Source: an uncultured cyanobacterium (GTDB taxonomy: Bacteria > Cyanobacteriota > Cyanobacteriia > PCC-6307 > Cyanobiaceae). Taken from it: a stretch of DNA of 64,000 nt. Where the stretch lies: positions 32,001 to 96,000 of the forward strand of contig CAVXWZ010000001.1 of NCBI GenBank assembly GCA_963765575.1, read 5' to 3'. Of the stretch, positions 62,272 to 64,000 are shown one piece after another (the stretch's first letter is position 1; each line of letters opens with the position of its first letter). The translations under genes were made by a program, and so were the position numbers. Under the pieces are notes generated by a model. It searched no databases, was not told the origin of the DNA, and was given only the letters and a program-made list of their open reading frames with translations.

Positions 62272-63775
62272 ATGCCCAACGGAAAGCCCAACGTCCTGAT
62301 CCTCTGGGGCGACGACATCGGCCAGAGCAACCTCAGCTGCTACAGCGATGGCCTGATGGGGTACCAGACCCCCAACATCGACCGGGTGGCCAAGGAGGGC
62401 GCCCGCTTCATCCACTACTACGCCGAGCAGAGCTGCACCGCCGGCCGGGCCGCCTTCATCTCCGGCCAGAGCGTGCTCCGCACCGGCCTCAGCAAGGTGG
62501 GCCTGCCCGGCGCCAAGGTGGGCTACCAGGACGAGGATCCCACCATCGCCGAGCTGCTGCAAGCCCCAGGGCTATCGCACCGGCCAGTTCGGCAAGAACC
62601 ACTTCGGGGATCGGGATGAATACCTGCCCACGATGCACGGCTTCGATGAGTTCTTCGGCAATCTGTATCACCTCAACGCCGAGGAAGAGCCGGAGCTGCG
62701 CGACTATCCCCCCGAAGCGGATTATCCCAACTTCAAGAAGAACTTCGGACCCCGCGGCGTGTTGCACTGCTGGGCCAATGGCGACGGCACCCAGCGCATC
62801 GAGAACACCGGCCCGCTCACCAAGAAGCGGATGGAGACGGCCGACGAGGAGTTCATGAAGGAGGCCAAGCGCTTCATCACGGATGCGGTGGCCTCCGGCG
62901 AGCCCTTCTTCGTGTGGTTCAACACCACCCACATGCACTTCCGCACCCATGCCCGTCCCCAGGACATCGGCCAGTCGGGGCGGTGGCAGTCGGAATACCA
63001 CGACGTGATGATCTATCACGACAACTGCATCGGTGAGATGCTCGATCTGCTCGATGAGCTGGGCATCACCGACGACACGATCGTGATGTACAGCACCGAC
63101 AACGGCCCCCACATGAACAGCTGGCCCGATGCCGGCATGACCCCCTTCCGCAACGAGAAGAACTCCAACTGGGAAGGGGCCTACCGGGTGCCGTGCCTGG
63201 TGCGCTGGCCGGGCCACATTGAGCCCGGCACCCTGCTCACCGGCATCGTGAGCCATCTCGACTGGCTGCCCACGATCCTGGCGGCCGCCGGCGAACCGGA
63301 GATCAAGCAGAAGTGCCTCGAGGGCTACCAGGTGGGCAACAAGACCTTCAAGGTGCACCTGGATGGCTACAACATGCTCGACTACTGGACCGGGAAGACC
63401 GACAAAAGTCCGCGGATCGACTTCTTCTACTTCTCCGACGACGGTGACCTCACCGCCCTGCGCTACGACAACTGGAAGTTCGTGTTCATGGAGCAGCGTG
63501 CCACCGGCACTCTGCAGATCTGGATGGAGCCTTTCACCGTTCTGCGCGTCCCCAAGATCTTCAACCTGCTCACCGATCCCTACGAGCGGGCCGACATCAC
63601 CTCCAACACCTACTGTGACTGGATGCTCGACCATGTCTTCCTGCTGGTTCCCGCTCAGGCGAGGGTGGCCCAGGCCCTGGAGACCCTCAAGGCCTTCCCG
63701 CCCCGCCAGAAGGCGGCCAGCTTCACGGTGAGCGATGCGATCGAGAAGATGACCGCCACCCTCGGCAGCTCCTGA
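62272..63775 (+). CDS. arylsulfatase (Cys-type, formylglycine-dependent); +1 frameshift at 62560
   Basis: KPNVLILWGDDIG, TPNID, SCTAGRAAF (CxxxR), GQFGKNH, STDNG, WEGAYRVP, DPYE. Confidence 0.92.
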
Positions 63776-63923
63776 GGCCGGCCCTTGCCGTCAGGCCCAC
63801 GGCTTTCCAGGCCCTGCCTTCAGCAACCCTCTCCACATCGTCCCCTGTGACCAGAACCGCCCCCCAGACCAGCACCGTGCCAGCCGGGGCCGAAGCCGAC
63901 CCGGCCGCCCCCCGGCCCGGGAC

Positions 63924-64000
63924 ATGGTGTGGATCCCGGGGGGCACCTTCACCATGGGCTCCGATCATCACTACCCCGAGGAGGCCCCCGCCCACCGGGT
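63924..64000 (+). CDS. formylglycine-generating enzyme (SUMF1) family protein, truncated by the window end
   Basis: MVWIPGGTFTMGSDHHYPEEAPAHR. The true start may be GTG 63847 if one C is missing near 63875. Confidence 0.85.
   Translation, partial: MVWIPGGTFTMGSDHHYPEEAPAHR

Overview
A high-GC picocyanobacterial chromosome segment, probably Cyanobium/Synechococcus cluster 5 (inferred from gene content). Left arm (1-13.1 kb): 5-oxoprolinase, a seven-gene V/A-type ATPase operon in the order B-D-I-K-E-DUF2764-A, and gamma-glutamyltransferase. Centre (~13.1-44.1 kb): an accessory region, much of it visibly less GC-rich, with no integrase or transposase. It carries ppk2, SulP, DUF389, MscS, a Tat lipase/DUF481 cluster, an ARTO-type (CuA-less) oxidase operon with two DUF2231 genes and an atypical GMC flavoprotein, NDH-2, decayed hicAB, a DUF1400 hydrolase, a K+ channel, an AaeXAB-like efflux set, and DUF47 plus a PiT phosphate transporter. 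It also holds internally deleted remnants of DUF2231, FUSC, K+ channel and GMC genes whose intact paralogues lie in the same window. Right arm (44.2-57.9 kb): mostly core genes (yccF, Nramp-like, hemL, glcD, xth, TPR, DUF554, larC, Fur family), then a sulfatase cluster (SulP, HAD, decayed BASS symporter, AraC, arylsulfatase, FGE family). Six +1 frameshifts can each be read as two synonymous wobble alleles written in tandem, which suggests consensus artefacts rather than pseudogenes. No rRNA, tRNA or CRISPR array was seen. All family calls come from motif recognition by eye, with no database search.
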